From the human T2T-CHM13v2.0 reference genome, Homo sapiens: a stretch of 64,000 nucleotides of DNA. The notes below the pieces were generated by a model that was not told the origin of the DNA, searched no databases, and was given only the letters and a program-made list of their open reading frames with translations. The position numbers were made by a program, and so were the translations under genes. The stretch is taken from the NCBI RefSeq assembly GCF_009914755.1, contig NC_060935.1; one strand, 5' to 3'. How positions within the stretch are numbered: position 1 is the first letter of the stretch; each line of letters opens with the position of its first letter. Below are positions 40,535-54,358 of this stretch, piece by piece.

Positions 40535-40745
40535 TATACTGCCCAATATGGCAGGCAATAATCACATGTGGCTATGGAGCTCTTGAAAAGTAGCTAGACT
40601 GAATTGAGATGTACACCAAGTACAAAATAACATACCAAATTTCAAAGACTTAGTACCTAAAAACGTGCAATAACTCATTAATAAAGTTTTTATATTGATT
40701 ATGTGTTGGCATGGCAATATTTTATAGATTGGGTTAAATAAAATG
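40535..40745. mobile_element. MER3/MER33-like hAT-Charlie fragment
   Basis: CTGCCCAATATGGCAGGCAATAATCACATGTGGCTA... Confidence 0.55.
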
Positions 40746-40847
40746 TTTGATAATATAATACATTTTCCATTTTGAAGAGTAGGTGGAAACCCTTAAGGCT
40801 GTCATTATATTGCTGACTTAGAGCAAGGGACTGGCTGAGTAAATTGA

Positions 40848-41166
<319 letters not shown>

Positions 41167-41245
41167 TAGCATTACTATTTACACTGTTTTTGCTGCTGCT
41201 GTTGTTTTAAGAATAGGGTCTCACTCGGCTAGGTGCTGTGGCTCA

Positions 41246-41530
<285 letters not shown>

Positions 41531-41903
41531 TCACTCTGTTGCCTACGCTAGAGTACAGTGGCACTATCATAGCTCACTGCAACCTTGAAATCCTAGGCTC
41601 AAGCAATCCTCCCACCTCAGCCTTTTGAGTAGCTAGGACAACAGGTGTGTGCCACCACACCCAGCTAAGTTTTAAAATTTTTTGTAGAGATGGGGATTCA
41701 CTATGTTGCCCTGGTCTCAAATTCTTGACCTTAAGCTTCTCAAAGAGCTAGAATTATAGGTAGGAGCCACTGTGCCAGGCCCACCCTTATAATTTATATT
41801 CTTTCTTTCCTAATCAAATCACAAATTTACAAGATTAGTTTTAGCTAACTACCTGCCATCCACAACACACATACTCACATAATACCTGAAAGGCTCTGTG
41901 TTA

Positions 41904-42279
<376 letters not shown>

Positions 42280-42918
42280 TCAGTGTTTAGGTATTTAGCC
42301 AAATCTCAGATACTAAGTGGTGAAGGTGAGAACTCAATATGTGCAATTTCAAAGCCCTATCTCTTCATTTATGTATTGCCTTTTAACCATAAATAATCTG
42401 TCTCTTCTAGACTCTCACAGAAATTTTTCTGTTATATTATAGATAAACTACATTTGAGTTTATAGATAAACTTGCCTTCAAGTTCCCTTAAGACAAGATC
42501 CATGTCTGAGTCACTTATGTATACCCTGCAGTATCCAGTATTGAGCATTGCAAAAAATAAATGTCTAATAAATACTGATGTATTGAAGAAAACAAGCACA
42601 AAGAAAACAAGTGTGGTTCAGCTTGTCCTTAGAAACCAGACAAAAGTATCACGTTCTTCTTAGACATAACAGGGTCTCAAACGATATACATTGTATTAAC
42701 AAACATCACATTACTCAGTGACTTCTGAAAAGTGCTAATGTTTAATCTTATTAGTTACTCCTACAGGGATCAAAAAATGGAAAATTTAATAACAAACTCA
42801 AAACCACCAAGGTATTCATAATCTTAATTTACAAGAACTTTGGCAGACAACTTCCTAAAATACCTTATCTGGATCTTTTTGAGAAAACTAATCAATTATG
42901 AAACAAAAAGGATGTTTA

Positions 42919-43278
<360 letters not shown>

Positions 43279-43724
43279 CTAAAGAAAAAAAAAACAAAAA
43301 ACACACATCTTAGAAGATCTTTTATAAATTAAAAATTAGGGTTTTCAAATATCAGGTGAGCACAGTTAAATCTCAACTGATTTTTTTTTTAATCAAGAGA
43401 CCTTTTTTTTTTTTTGAGACAGGTTCTCACTCTGTCACCCAGGCTGGAGTGCAGTGGCACAATCTTCAGCTCAGTACAACCTCTGCCTCCTAGGCTCAAG
43501 CAGTCCTCTCACCTCACTGTCCACAGTAGCTGGGACTATAGGCAAGCACCACCACGCCCAGCTAATTTTTGTATTTCTTGTAGAGTCCGGGTTTCATGTT
43601 GTTCAGGGTGGTCTTGAACTCCAAGACTCAAGCAATCTACCTTCCTTGGCCTCCCAAAGTGCTGGGATTACAGGCATGAGCCACTGCACCCGGCTGAAAG
43701 CTTCTTTTAAAATAAATTTTCTTG

Positions 43725-44140
43725 TGTATATTTAACGTATGCAACATGATGTTATAAGATACACATATATAGTAGGGTCACTATCGCAGAATGAACACAT
43801 CCGTTGTCTCACATAGTTACCCATTTTCCTCTGCTGTGGCAAGGGCTATAAACTACTCATTTAACAAAAATCTTGAATACAAAACACTACCTGCATTATT
43901 AACTGTAGTCTTCATGTTGTACATTAGATCTTTCCACTTGCTCAACCTACATATTTGCTACTTTGTATCTCCTCTTTTTTCCTCCCCACTGCCACCCCCT
44001 ACCCTGGTAACCACTGTTTTACTCTCTCTATATATATATTTGCCCTTTTAAACAAAAGATTCCACATATAAGTGAGAGCATGAAACATTTTTCTTTCTGT
44101 TTCTGGCTTATTTCACTTAACATAATGTCCTCTAGGTCCA
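43725..44140 (-). mobile_element. L1MA-like 3' UTR fragment
   Basis: GATTCCACATATAAGTGAGA...TGGCTTATTTCACTTAACATAATGTCCTC. Confidence 0.7.
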
Positions 44141-44293
44141 TCAGGAAACCTATTTTAATTATAAATGCAACTTCCAAGAACGTCTAAAATAATTATATTC
44201 CATTTTCCCCAAGCCTACGCTCTCACAAGTTTCTAAATATATTGCAGCCACAAAAAGCCACTTCACAGAAAAGGTTTAAAAACATTATTTTAC

Positions 44294-44338
44294 CTGGGGG
44301 CTCCAAACAGTGACATCATTGTCATACTGATTTCGAAA
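44294..44338 (-). CDS. PSMA1: PSMA1 exon 2 (FRNQYDNDVTVWSPQ)
   Basis: 45-nt exon, AG/GT; N-terminal YD...SP gate motif. Confidence 0.97.
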
Positions 44339-45329
44339 CTAAAAGTAAAAGAAAAAAATACCTGTTAATAGAAGAACATTTCAAATCCCAACTCTTAACA
44401 TTCATTAAGAAATATGCTTGTGTTTCCATTCAATGTTAAGGCACTCTGTTCATGCAGTCTTACTGGAAGATTACTACTGTACTCAGATGTAAGCCAATTC
44501 TACATTTACCATAAACTCGTGGGAGAGGGAGAAGCAGATCTAAATGGGTCCTATTTTTCCAAACTCTTATTCTAACACCCTCCATATCAACCCCTTTAGG
44601 CTCAATTACTAAAGTTCACAATCAACTTTCTTGCCTATTTTTGCTTATGCTGCTCCCTTTTATTGGGCCCTAATAAATGGTTAAAAGTCTTCCTTTTCTT
44701 TAAGGTAGCTTAAATGTCGATTTCTTGAAGTCTTCTCCTTTTCTTCCCAAATCCCCCTAACATATACTCCCACAGCTCTTTATCTAAACGTCCCTTTCTG
44801 TTTTTATGATTAGGGACATGTATGACTTATTTTTTAATGTTCACTGTAGTTATGCCTGTACAAGTGCTGTCTGTATATTCACATTGAATGAACAAAAATG
44901 TCCTCACAAAGTTAGAGGTGGACACAAATAGCTGCAGCGATAGAACCATTACGGCTATTACGACTATTATAATAATAGTCATGGGAGTGAGATTGAGTGC
45001 TAGAATGGCAGACAGAACTGGAAACCCAGAACCCTATATTGTAACCCTGATTCCATCACTTCCCCTCTCAGCCTCGGCTTACTCATCCGCAACTAGGTGA
45101 CTGGACAAAATGATTGAAAAGGGCCTCTTCTAATCGAAGTCTAGGCGAGAGATAAATAGACGGACCCACCAGGAAAACGGACGCTGTCCAGGAACACAAA
45201 CCTGGGGGTCAAGTCCGCACTGGTGGTACAGGTAGGCCTCCAAGTCAAGTCTCTGTCTTCTCCTCTCCCATACACAGCACTAGGAGCTATTCTGGACCGC
45301 TCAGAATCTACTCCACTGAAGGAACCTGA

Positions 45330-45990
45330 GGGGCGAACTCATCTAGCTGACCGAGGAGGAAGTGTCGGAGGCTCCCCGGGAAGCGAAAGCGGTGGAAAGG
45401 CCGCACTGGCTACCGATAACCCCTAGCCCGGCCAGGCCGGAGATGCTGAATCACTGCCGGAGCCCGGCCGTCTGCCGAGGCTCTCATACCTCGTGGCACC
45501 GGGCGACGCTAAGGATGACAGGAGAGGTGGCTCGTCATCCCCCAGTCACCAGAGCTCTGCCCTAAACCTTCCAGAGATCGGGATTCAACGTACCATGGTG
45601 GCGGCGCGGGCCTGGTTGCGGCCTCCAGCAAAACTGAGAATCAAGGAGGTGCTGCCGAAAGTATCGCTCAGCGATCTACAGAGAAGTCTGCGGGAGTTTG
45701 ACGGCGGCGGCGCAGGGTAGCGCAGTCTATTCCAGAGATATCGATAGGCTTGCAACACTTCCCCCTCCTTAAAACTTTCCGACCGCTCGGCGGCGGGCGG
45801 AGCCTCGGAAGATCTAGGAACTGAGACTGGCGGGAAAACCTGGCTGGGAGTGCCGGCGGCTGAGAGCTGCGGGGCAGCCCCTGTCACGTAGCCCTTCTAG
45901 GTTCCTGTGTATGGCGGATTCCCTCCAGTTTCTCCCGCTGGCGGGCTGCATCTAAAGTCGTCCGAGTCAACAGCCGTGACTCTGGGTGAT
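45330..45990. promoter_or_regulatory. CpG island / PSMA1 promoter (GC box 45795-45802, E2F-like TGGCGGGAAA 45828-45837)
   Basis: CpG-rich region around exon 1; motifs read directly. Confidence 0.8.
45594..45596 (-). CDS. PSMA1: PSMA1 exon 1 coding part: initiator ATG only
   Basis: GCCGCCACCATG|GTACGT: strong Kozak context immediately followed by a donor, in frame with exon 2. Confidence 0.93.
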
Positions 45991-46140
45991 ACTAGCTCTC
46001 ATTAACCGTCCACAGATTTGGGGTGTTATGTGACTGAAAGGAACGAGGCTGCAGGAAAGCCACAAGATAACGATCCGTTTCTGTGTGTCAGCTGTATTCT
46101 TCCTCGAGTATCTTGTTTGTGTACATGCTTTTATTTGCAT

Positions 46141-46190
46141 TAAGGTTGGTGCAAAAGTAACTGCGGTTTTTGCCATTTGGCAAAATACTT
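46141..46190. mobile_element. Partial MADE1 (mariner MITE)
   Basis: TAAGGTTGGTGCAAAAGTAACTGCGGTTTTTGCCATT. Confidence 0.75.
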
Positions 46191-46562
46191 TGGAATGCTC
46201 TTCCTTATTCCCTGGAGATGTTATCTTTCAAGGGTCTGTTGTCGTTAACCCCTCATTGTTATTATGATTGATTTCTTCCACCAGACTTTGAACTCCATGA
46301 GGGCGCTAATGTCTTTCTATGCCCCCAAAACCAAGCATGGTACCTGACAGATTAGGCCACTGAGAAAAAATGGACACTTTCTTTCGATTTATCTATTTCG
46401 TCTTTTGAGAGCATCTTTCCATAACGAAATAGTCTGACATCCACCGGCTATTTATATTCTTTGTAAAAAAGAGACTGGGTGTGGTGGCTCACGCCTGTAA
46501 TCCCAGCGCTATTGGAGGCCGAGGGCGGAGGATCGCTTGAACCCAGGAGTTTGAGATCACTA

Positions 46563-46868
<306 letters not shown>

Positions 46869-46871
46869 TCA

Positions 46872-47112
<241 letters not shown>

Positions 47113-48985
47113 TTACCAACATATACTCTCAACAGTAGTATATGAGGTTACCTTCTCTAATTCATCAACACTGGTTATTGTCGTATTTCTGAAAAACACT
47201 GTTGATTTGGTGGACTAAATTAACAGATTAAATTAATAGATTGTTCTCTTTCGTTTCTCCAGGACCTAGCACAATGCGTAGCACATATTAAGTGTTTATA
47301 AATAGTGCTAACTGATTAAATAAATGCTCATTTAAAAATTGTCATATACTACATAAACATTTTGAAAATTCTTTCCATATATATCTCTCTAGTCACATGC
47401 CTCACACAGATGTGTAATAAATATACAATTTTTAAAAATAAGATGATACTGTTTTTATTAATACACTTAAAAAGTTATAGCTATCATATGTCCATAAGTA
47501 ATGGTCTATATTATTTTCAATAGTCGCATAGTATTTTATTGTATGGAAATATAATAATTTGCTTAATTATTAGTGTGCAATTCAATTGTTTCCAAGTTAT
47601 TGGTATCATAAAAATACTATAATGAATATTCTTGTACATACACACCTATTGTGTGCATAATTACCTTACCTGATGAAGAATTCATAGAAGTAGAATTGTG
47701 GGGTCAAAGGGAACTTACATTTACAGTTATGATAAATATGGCTGAGTTGCAAAAAAAGTTATATCCATTTAATATTCTACGCTGCCTGAGAGTCAGTTTT
47801 CTCTGTATTCTTACCAACACTGGATATTATAAGTACTTTTTACTTTTATCAATTTGATAGGCCAAAAAAGAAAACCTGTTTCTTTAATTTTTAATTTTAT
47901 TTATAGTTTTTTATTACTAGTAAAAAAATCTTTTGTTGTATTTCTTGGCTGTTTATGTTACTTTAGTGGATTGCCACTTCATTCCTTTCCTCATATTATT
48001 GTGTTAATCATTTTCTTACTGACTTGTAGGAGCTTCCTGTAATTAGGGATGGTAACCTCTTATTACTGTGTCACTTTTATAGAAAGGGCCTTTTGGATAC
48101 AAATAAAAGAAACCCACTGAATCTAGTTTAAATAAAAGTTGAAGCACACATTGTAAATATGCAACAGGGAATCACATAAATATCCAAACATAATTTTTTG
48201 ACTTTTTAAAAATTTACTGAGATATTCCTAGTACCTGAAACAAAGCCTGGCATATAGTAGGCACTCACTAAACATTTGTTGAATGAATGAGTGATAGATC
48301 TATCACTCCAAACCTGTCCTTCTGATAATTATTTCCTAAGCAAATATCTGGGGCTTTGCGATACATCCTTTATTCACAGCAATTGTCTGTACTCTTCAGA
48401 ATGGCTGTTATCAAAGCTCTACTTGTAGACCAAAAGAAGGGGCATTTGGTTGACCTTTTTGTTAAGAATGAAAGTCCCAAGGGCTTATTAAAGGTTTATA
48501 TGATTTTCAGCTCCTCTTTGTGTGTTTTGGGGATTTGGCTCAAGATACATCGTTAAAAACAACAACAACAACAACTTTTTTTTTAGAGACAGAGTCTAGC
48601 TGTGTAGCCCAGGCTAGAGTACAGTGGCATGATCATAGCTCACTGTAACCTTGAACTCCTGGGCTCAAGCCATCCTATTGCCTCAGCCTCCCAAGTAGCT
48701 AGGGCTACAGGTGCACACCACCATACCTGGCTAATTTTAAAATTTTTTGTAGAGACAGGGTCCTACTATGTTGCCCAGGCTGGTCATGAATGCCTGGCCT
48801 TAAAGTGATCCTCCCTCCTTGGCCTCCCAAAGTGCTGAAATTACAGGAGTGAGCCACCATACTCAGCTCCTCAGCTCTCAGGATACATTTTTTTTTTTTT
48901 TTTTTAAGACAGGGTATTTCTCTGTTGCCCAGGCTGGAGTGCAATGGCACAATCACTTCAGCCTGGACCTCCTGGGCCCAAGTGA

Positions 48986-49192
<207 letters not shown>

Positions 49193-49289
49193 TGAGCATT
49201 AATCAGAAGCTGAAAAACTGATCAATAAAGATATTTTGTAGGAAGACTAGGTCAGCGAACATAGTACTACTTCTTTAAAGGTCATTGGA

Positions 49290-49556
49290 AGCCAGGCAAA
49301 GTGGCTCACACCTGTAATCCCGACACTTTTTTTTCTCCTGCTAATGCAGGAGAATTGCTTAGGGCCAGGAGTTACCAGCCTGAGCAACATAGCAAGACCC
49401 TGTCTCAAAAAAAAAAAAAAAAAAAAAAAAAAAATGAAGGGAGGGAGAGAGAGAGGGAGGAAGAAAGGAAGGAAAGAAAATTAGCCAGGTGTAGTTGTAT
49501 GCACCTGTAGTCCCAGCTACTCGAGAGGCTGAGGTGACAGGATCACATGAGCCCAG
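49290..49556 (+). mobile_element. Old Alu (J-like), 5' part, interrupted by the HERV-H; resumes at 54364-54437
   Basis: ...GGATCACATGAGCCCAG | GAGTTCAAG...CCTGTCTC-polyA is continuous across the provirus. Confidence 0.85.
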
Positions 49557-49989
49557 TGTCAGGCCTCTGAGCTCAAGCTAAGCCATCATATCCCCAGTGA
49601 CCTGCACGTATACATCCAGATGGCCTGAAGCAACTGAAGATTCACAAAAGAAGTGAAAATAGCCTTAACTGACGAAGTTCCACCATTGATTTATTTCTGC
49701 CCCAACCTAACTGATCAATGTACTTTGTAATCTCCCCCACCCTTAAGAAGGTTCTTTGTAATTCTCCCCACCCTTGAGAATGTACTTTGTGAGATCCACC
49801 CCCTGCCCCCAAAACATTGCTCTTAACTCCACTGCCTATCCCAAAACCTCTAAGAACTAATAATGATAATCCACCACCCGTTGCTGACTCTCTTTTTGGA
49901 CTCAGCCCGTCTGCACCCAGGTGAAATAAACAGCCATGTTGCTCACACAAAGCCTGTTTGGTAGTCTCTTCACACGGACACGTAAGACA
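49557..49989 (+). mobile_element. 5' LTR (LTR7 family; subtype not determined)
   Basis: TGTCAGGCCTCTGAG...AATAAA...GACA, 433 bp. Confidence 0.93.
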
Positions 49990-49991
49990 TT

Positions 49992-50009
49992 TGGTGCCGA
50001 AGACCCGGG
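49992..50009 (+). other. Primer binding site TGGTGCCGAAGACCCGGG (tRNA-Phe-like)
   Basis: Starts 2 nt after the 5' LTR with TGG; complementary to the tRNA-Phe 3' end apart from one inserted base. Confidence 0.75.
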
Positions 50010-50296
50010 TCAGCGGACTCCTTTGGGAGACCAGTCCGCTGTCCTCACCCTCACTCTGTGAAGAGATCCACCTATGACCTCGGGTCCTCAGACCAACCAG
50101 CCCAAGGAACATCTCACCGATTTTAAATCGGGAGCCCACTGGAAATCAGACTATCCAACTTGCCTGGCAGCCACTCCCAGAGCCCCTGGAACTCTGGTCC
50201 AAGGCTCTGACTGACTCCTTCCCAGATCTCGGCTTAGCGGCTGAAGACTGACACTGCCCAATCTTCTCGGAAGCCTCCTGGACCATCACACTTACA

Positions 50297-53167
50297 GTGG
50301 AGGGTAAGTCCGTCTCCTTCTTAATCAATAGGGAGGCTACCCACCCCTCATTACCTTCTTTTCAAGGGCCTGTTTCCCTTGCCTCCATAACTGTTGTGGG
50401 TATTGACGGCCAGGCTTCTAAACCCCTTAAAACTCCCCCACTCTGGTGCCAACTTGGACAACATTCCTTTATGCACTCTTTTTAGTTATCCCCAACTGCC
50501 CACTTTCCTTATTAAGCCAAGACATTTTAACCAAATTATCTGCTTCCCTGATTATTCCTGGACTACAGCCACACCTTATTGCCACCTTTTGCCCCAGTTC
50601 AAAGCCTCCTTCACATCCTCTCCTTGTATCTCCCTACCTTAATTCACAAGTATAGGACACCTCTACTCCCTCCTTGGCGACCGATCATGCACCCCTTACC
50701 ATCCCATAAAAATCTAATCACCCTTACCCCGCTCAACGCCAATATCCCATCCCACAGCACGCTTTTAAAGGATTAAAGCCTGTTATCAGTTGCCTGTTAC
50801 AGCATGGGCTTCTAAAACCTATAAACTCTCCTTACAATTCCCCCATTTTACTTGTCCAAAAACCAGACAAGTCTTACAGGTTAGTTCAGGATCTGTGCCT
50901 TATCAACCAAATTGTTTTGCCTATCCACCCTGTAGTGCGCAACCCGTACACTCTTTTGTCCTCAATACCTTCCTCCACAACTCACTATTCGGTTCTTGAT
51001 CTTAAAGATGCTTTTTTCACTATTCCCCTGGACCCCTTGTCCCAGCCTCTCTTTGCTTTTACCTGGACTGACCCTGACACCCATCAGTCCCAGCAGCTTA
51101 CCTGGGCTGTGCTGCCGCAAGGCTTCAGGGACAGCCCTCATTACTTCAGCCAAGCTCTTTCCCTTGATTTACTTTCTTTCCACCCTTCTGCTTCTCACCT
51201 TATTCAATATATTGATGACCTTCTACTTTGTAGCCCCTCCTTTGAATCTTCTCAACAAGACACCCTCCTGCTCCTTCAACATTTATTCTCCAAAGGATAT
51301 CGGGTATCCCCCTCCAAAGCTCAAATTTCTTCTCCATCCGTTACCTACCTCAGCATAACTCTTCATAAAAACACACGTGCTCTCCCTGCCGACTGTGTCC
51401 AACTGATCTCTCAAACCCCAACACCTACAAAACGACAACTCCTTTCCTTCCAGGCATGGTTGGATACTTTCGCCTTTGGATACCTGGTTTTGCCATCCTA
51501 ACAAAACCATTATATAAACTCACAAAAGGAAACCTAGCTGATCCCATAGATCCTAAATCCTTTCCCCAGTCCTCTTTCTGTTCCTCGAAGACAGCTTTAG
51601 TGACTGCCCCCACACTAGCTCTCCCTGACTCATCCCAACCCTTTTCATTACACACAGCCAAAGTGCAGGGCTGTGCAGTCAGAATTCTTACACAAGGACC
51701 GGGACCGCACCCTATAGCCTTTTTGTCCAAACAACTTGACCTTACTGTTTTAGGCTGGCCATCATGTCTCCGTGCAGTGGCTGCCGCTGCCCTAATACTT
51801 TTAGAGGCCCTCAAAATCACAAACTATGCTCAACTCACTCTCTACAGCTCTCATAATTTCCAAAATCTATTTTCTTCCTCACACCTGACGCATATACTTT
51901 CTGCTCCCCAGATCCTTCAGCTGTACTCACTCTTTGTTGAGTCTCCCACAATTACCATTGTTCCTGGCCTGGACTTCAATCTGGCCTCCCACATTATTCT
52001 GGATACCACACCTGACCCCCATGACTGTATCTCTCTGATGCACCTGACATTCACTCCATTTTCCCATGTTTCCTTCTTTCCTGTTCCTCACCCTGATCAC
52101 ACTTGGCTTATTGATGGCAGTTCCACCAGGCCTAATCGCCACTCACCAGCAAAGGCAGGCTATGCTATAGTATCTTCCACATCTATCACTGAGGCTACCA
52201 CTCTGCCCCCCTCCACTATCTCTCAGCAAGCCTAACTCATTGCCTTAACTCGAGCCCTCACCTTTGCAAAGGGACTACGCGTCAATATTTATACTGACTC
52301 TTAATATGCCTTCCATATCTTGCATCACCACGCTGTTATATGGGCTGAAAGAGGTTTCCTCACTACACAAGGTCCTCCATCATTAATGCCTCTTTAATAA
52401 AAACTCTTCTCAAGGCCGCTTTACTTCCAAAGGAAGCTGGAGTCATACACTGCAAGGGCCACCAAAAGGCATCAGATTCCATCACTCAGGGCAACGCTTA
52501 TGCTGATAAGGTAGCTAAAGAAGCAGCTAGAATTCCAACTTCTGTCCCTCATGGCCAGTTTTTCTCCTTCTCATCAGTCACTCCCACCTACTGCCCCACT
52601 GAAACTTCCACCTATCAATCTCTTCCCAAACAAGGCAAATGGTTCTTGGGCCAAGGAAAATACCTCCTTCCAGCCTCACAGGCCCATTCTATTCTATCAT
52701 CATTTCATAACCTCTTCCATGTAGGTTGCAAGCTGCTAGCCTGCCTCTTAGAACCTCTCATTTCCTTTCCAACATGGAAATCTATCCTTAGGGAAATCAC
52801 TTTTCAGTGTTCCATCTGCTATTCTACTACTCCTCAGGGATTGTTCAGGCCCCTTCCCTTCCCTACACATCAAGCTCGGGGATTTGCCCCCGCCCAGGAC
52901 TGGCAAATTGACTTTACTCACATGCCTCGAGTCAGGAAACTAAAATACCTCTTGGTCTGCGTAGACACTTTCACTGGCTGGGTAGAGGCCTTTCCCACAG
53001 GGTCTGAGAAGGCCACCGCGGTCATTTCATCCCTTCTGTCAGACATAATTCCTCAGTTTGGCCTTCCCACCTCAGTTTCTCAGGCTCTTGGTATTCAGTG
53101 GCACCTGGTTTTACCTCAAACTGCCACCCTTAAGTCTCTCTTTAAGTGGATAGAAGATCTTCAGTGA
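50297..53167 (+). pseudogene. Degenerate HERV-H pro-pol (protease, RT, RNase H, partial integrase)
   Basis: RT motifs DLKDAFF, LPQG and YIDD (ORF 50917-51501); RNase H IDGSS; integrase WQIDFTHM and VDTFTGWVEAFP; frameshifts and stops. Confidence 0.92.
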
Positions 53168-53329
53168 CAAAGTACACTTCAATACTTTCACCCTGATGAA
53201 GTCCTATTCTTTACTTTTATACTTACTCTTATTCTTGTTCCCAATCTTATGCCACCCTCTACCTCTCCCAGCTATCTCCACCACACTATCAATCTCAGTC
53301 ACTCCCTCCTAGCTGTTTCTAATCCTTCT

Positions 53330-53720
53330 TTAACAAACAATTGCTGGCTTTGCATTTCTCTTTCCTCCAAAATCGCTGAGGCCTCGACTTACTACTAAAA
53401 AAAAAAAGGGGGAGGGAAACTCTGTATATTTTTAAATGAAGAGTGCTATTTTTACCTAAATCAATCTGGCCTGGTATATGACAACATAAAAAAACTCAAG
53501 GATAGAGCCCAAAAACTCGCCAGCCAAGCAAACAATAACGTTGAACCCCCTTGGACACTCTCTAATTGGACATCCTGAGTACTCCCAATTCTTAGTCCTT
53601 TAATACCTATTTTTCTCCTTCTTTTATTCGGACCTTGTGTCTTTTGTTTAGTTTCTCAATTCATATAAAACCACATCCAGGCCATCACCAATACTATATG
53701 ACAAATGCTTCTTCTAACAA
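53330..53720 (+). pseudogene. HERV-H env transmembrane remnant
   Basis: LCIFLNEECYFYLNQSG-like segment followed by a hydrophobic TM-like stretch. Confidence 0.7.
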
Positions 53721-53924
53721 CCCCACAATATCACCCCTTACCCCAAAATCTTTCTTCAGTTGAATCTCTCCCACTGTAGGTTCCCACGCTGCCCCAATCC
53801 CGCTTGAATCAGCCCTAAGAAACATCGCCCATTATCTCTCCATACCACCCCCAAAAATTTTCGCTGCCCCAACTCTTTACCACTATTTTGTTTTATTTTT
53901 CTTATTAATATAAGAAGACAGGAA

Positions 53925-54358
53925 GGTCAGGCCTCTGAGCCCAAGCTAAGCCATCATATCCCCAGTGACCTGCACGTATACATCCAGATGGCCTGAAGCA
54001 ACTGAAGATCCACAAAAGAAGTGAAAATAGCCTTAACTGACGAAGTTCCACCATTGATTTATTTCTGCCCCAACCTAACTGATCAATGTACTTTGTAATC
54101 TCCCCCACCCTTAAGAAGGTTCTTTGTAATTCTCCCCACCCTTGAGAATGTACTTTGTGAGATCCACCCCCTGCCCCTAAAACATTGCTCTTAACTCCAC
54201 TGCCTATCCCAAAATCTTTAAGAACTAATTAATGATAATCCACCACCCGTTGCTGACTCTCTTTTCGGACTCAGCCCGCCTGCACCCAGGTGAAATAAAC
54301 AGCCATGTTGCTCACACAAAGCCTGTTTGGTGTTCTCTTCACACGGACACATGAGACA
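53925..54358 (+). mobile_element. 3' LTR (LTR7 family), preceded by PPT AAGAAGACAGGAA
   Basis: 434 bp, about 97% identical to the 5' LTR; terminal TG changed to GG. Confidence 0.93.

Larger units (their letters stand above)
49557..54358 (+). mobile_element. HERV-H family provirus, two LTRs, gag-deleted and env-deleted
   Basis: Paired LTRs, PBS, pro-pol remnants, env TM remnant, PPT, and 5-bp TSD CCCAG (49552-56 and 54359-63). Confidence 0.95.

Noticed and set aside
45585-45887. 100-aa ORF in frame with the PSMA1 ATG as an N-terminal extension
   Set aside because: Non-ATG start that probably lies upstream of the TSS; stop-poor GC-rich DNA explains it.
45600-46000. NFE2L1/ARE (TGAnnnnGC) element expected in a proteasome gene promoter
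   Set aside because: No convincing match found by eye, so none is claimed.
50917-53167. 194, 259 and 173 aa ORFs as a possible functional or domesticated RT/integrase
   Set aside because: Broken by frameshifts, stops and deletions; protease active site reads NREAT; gag absent.
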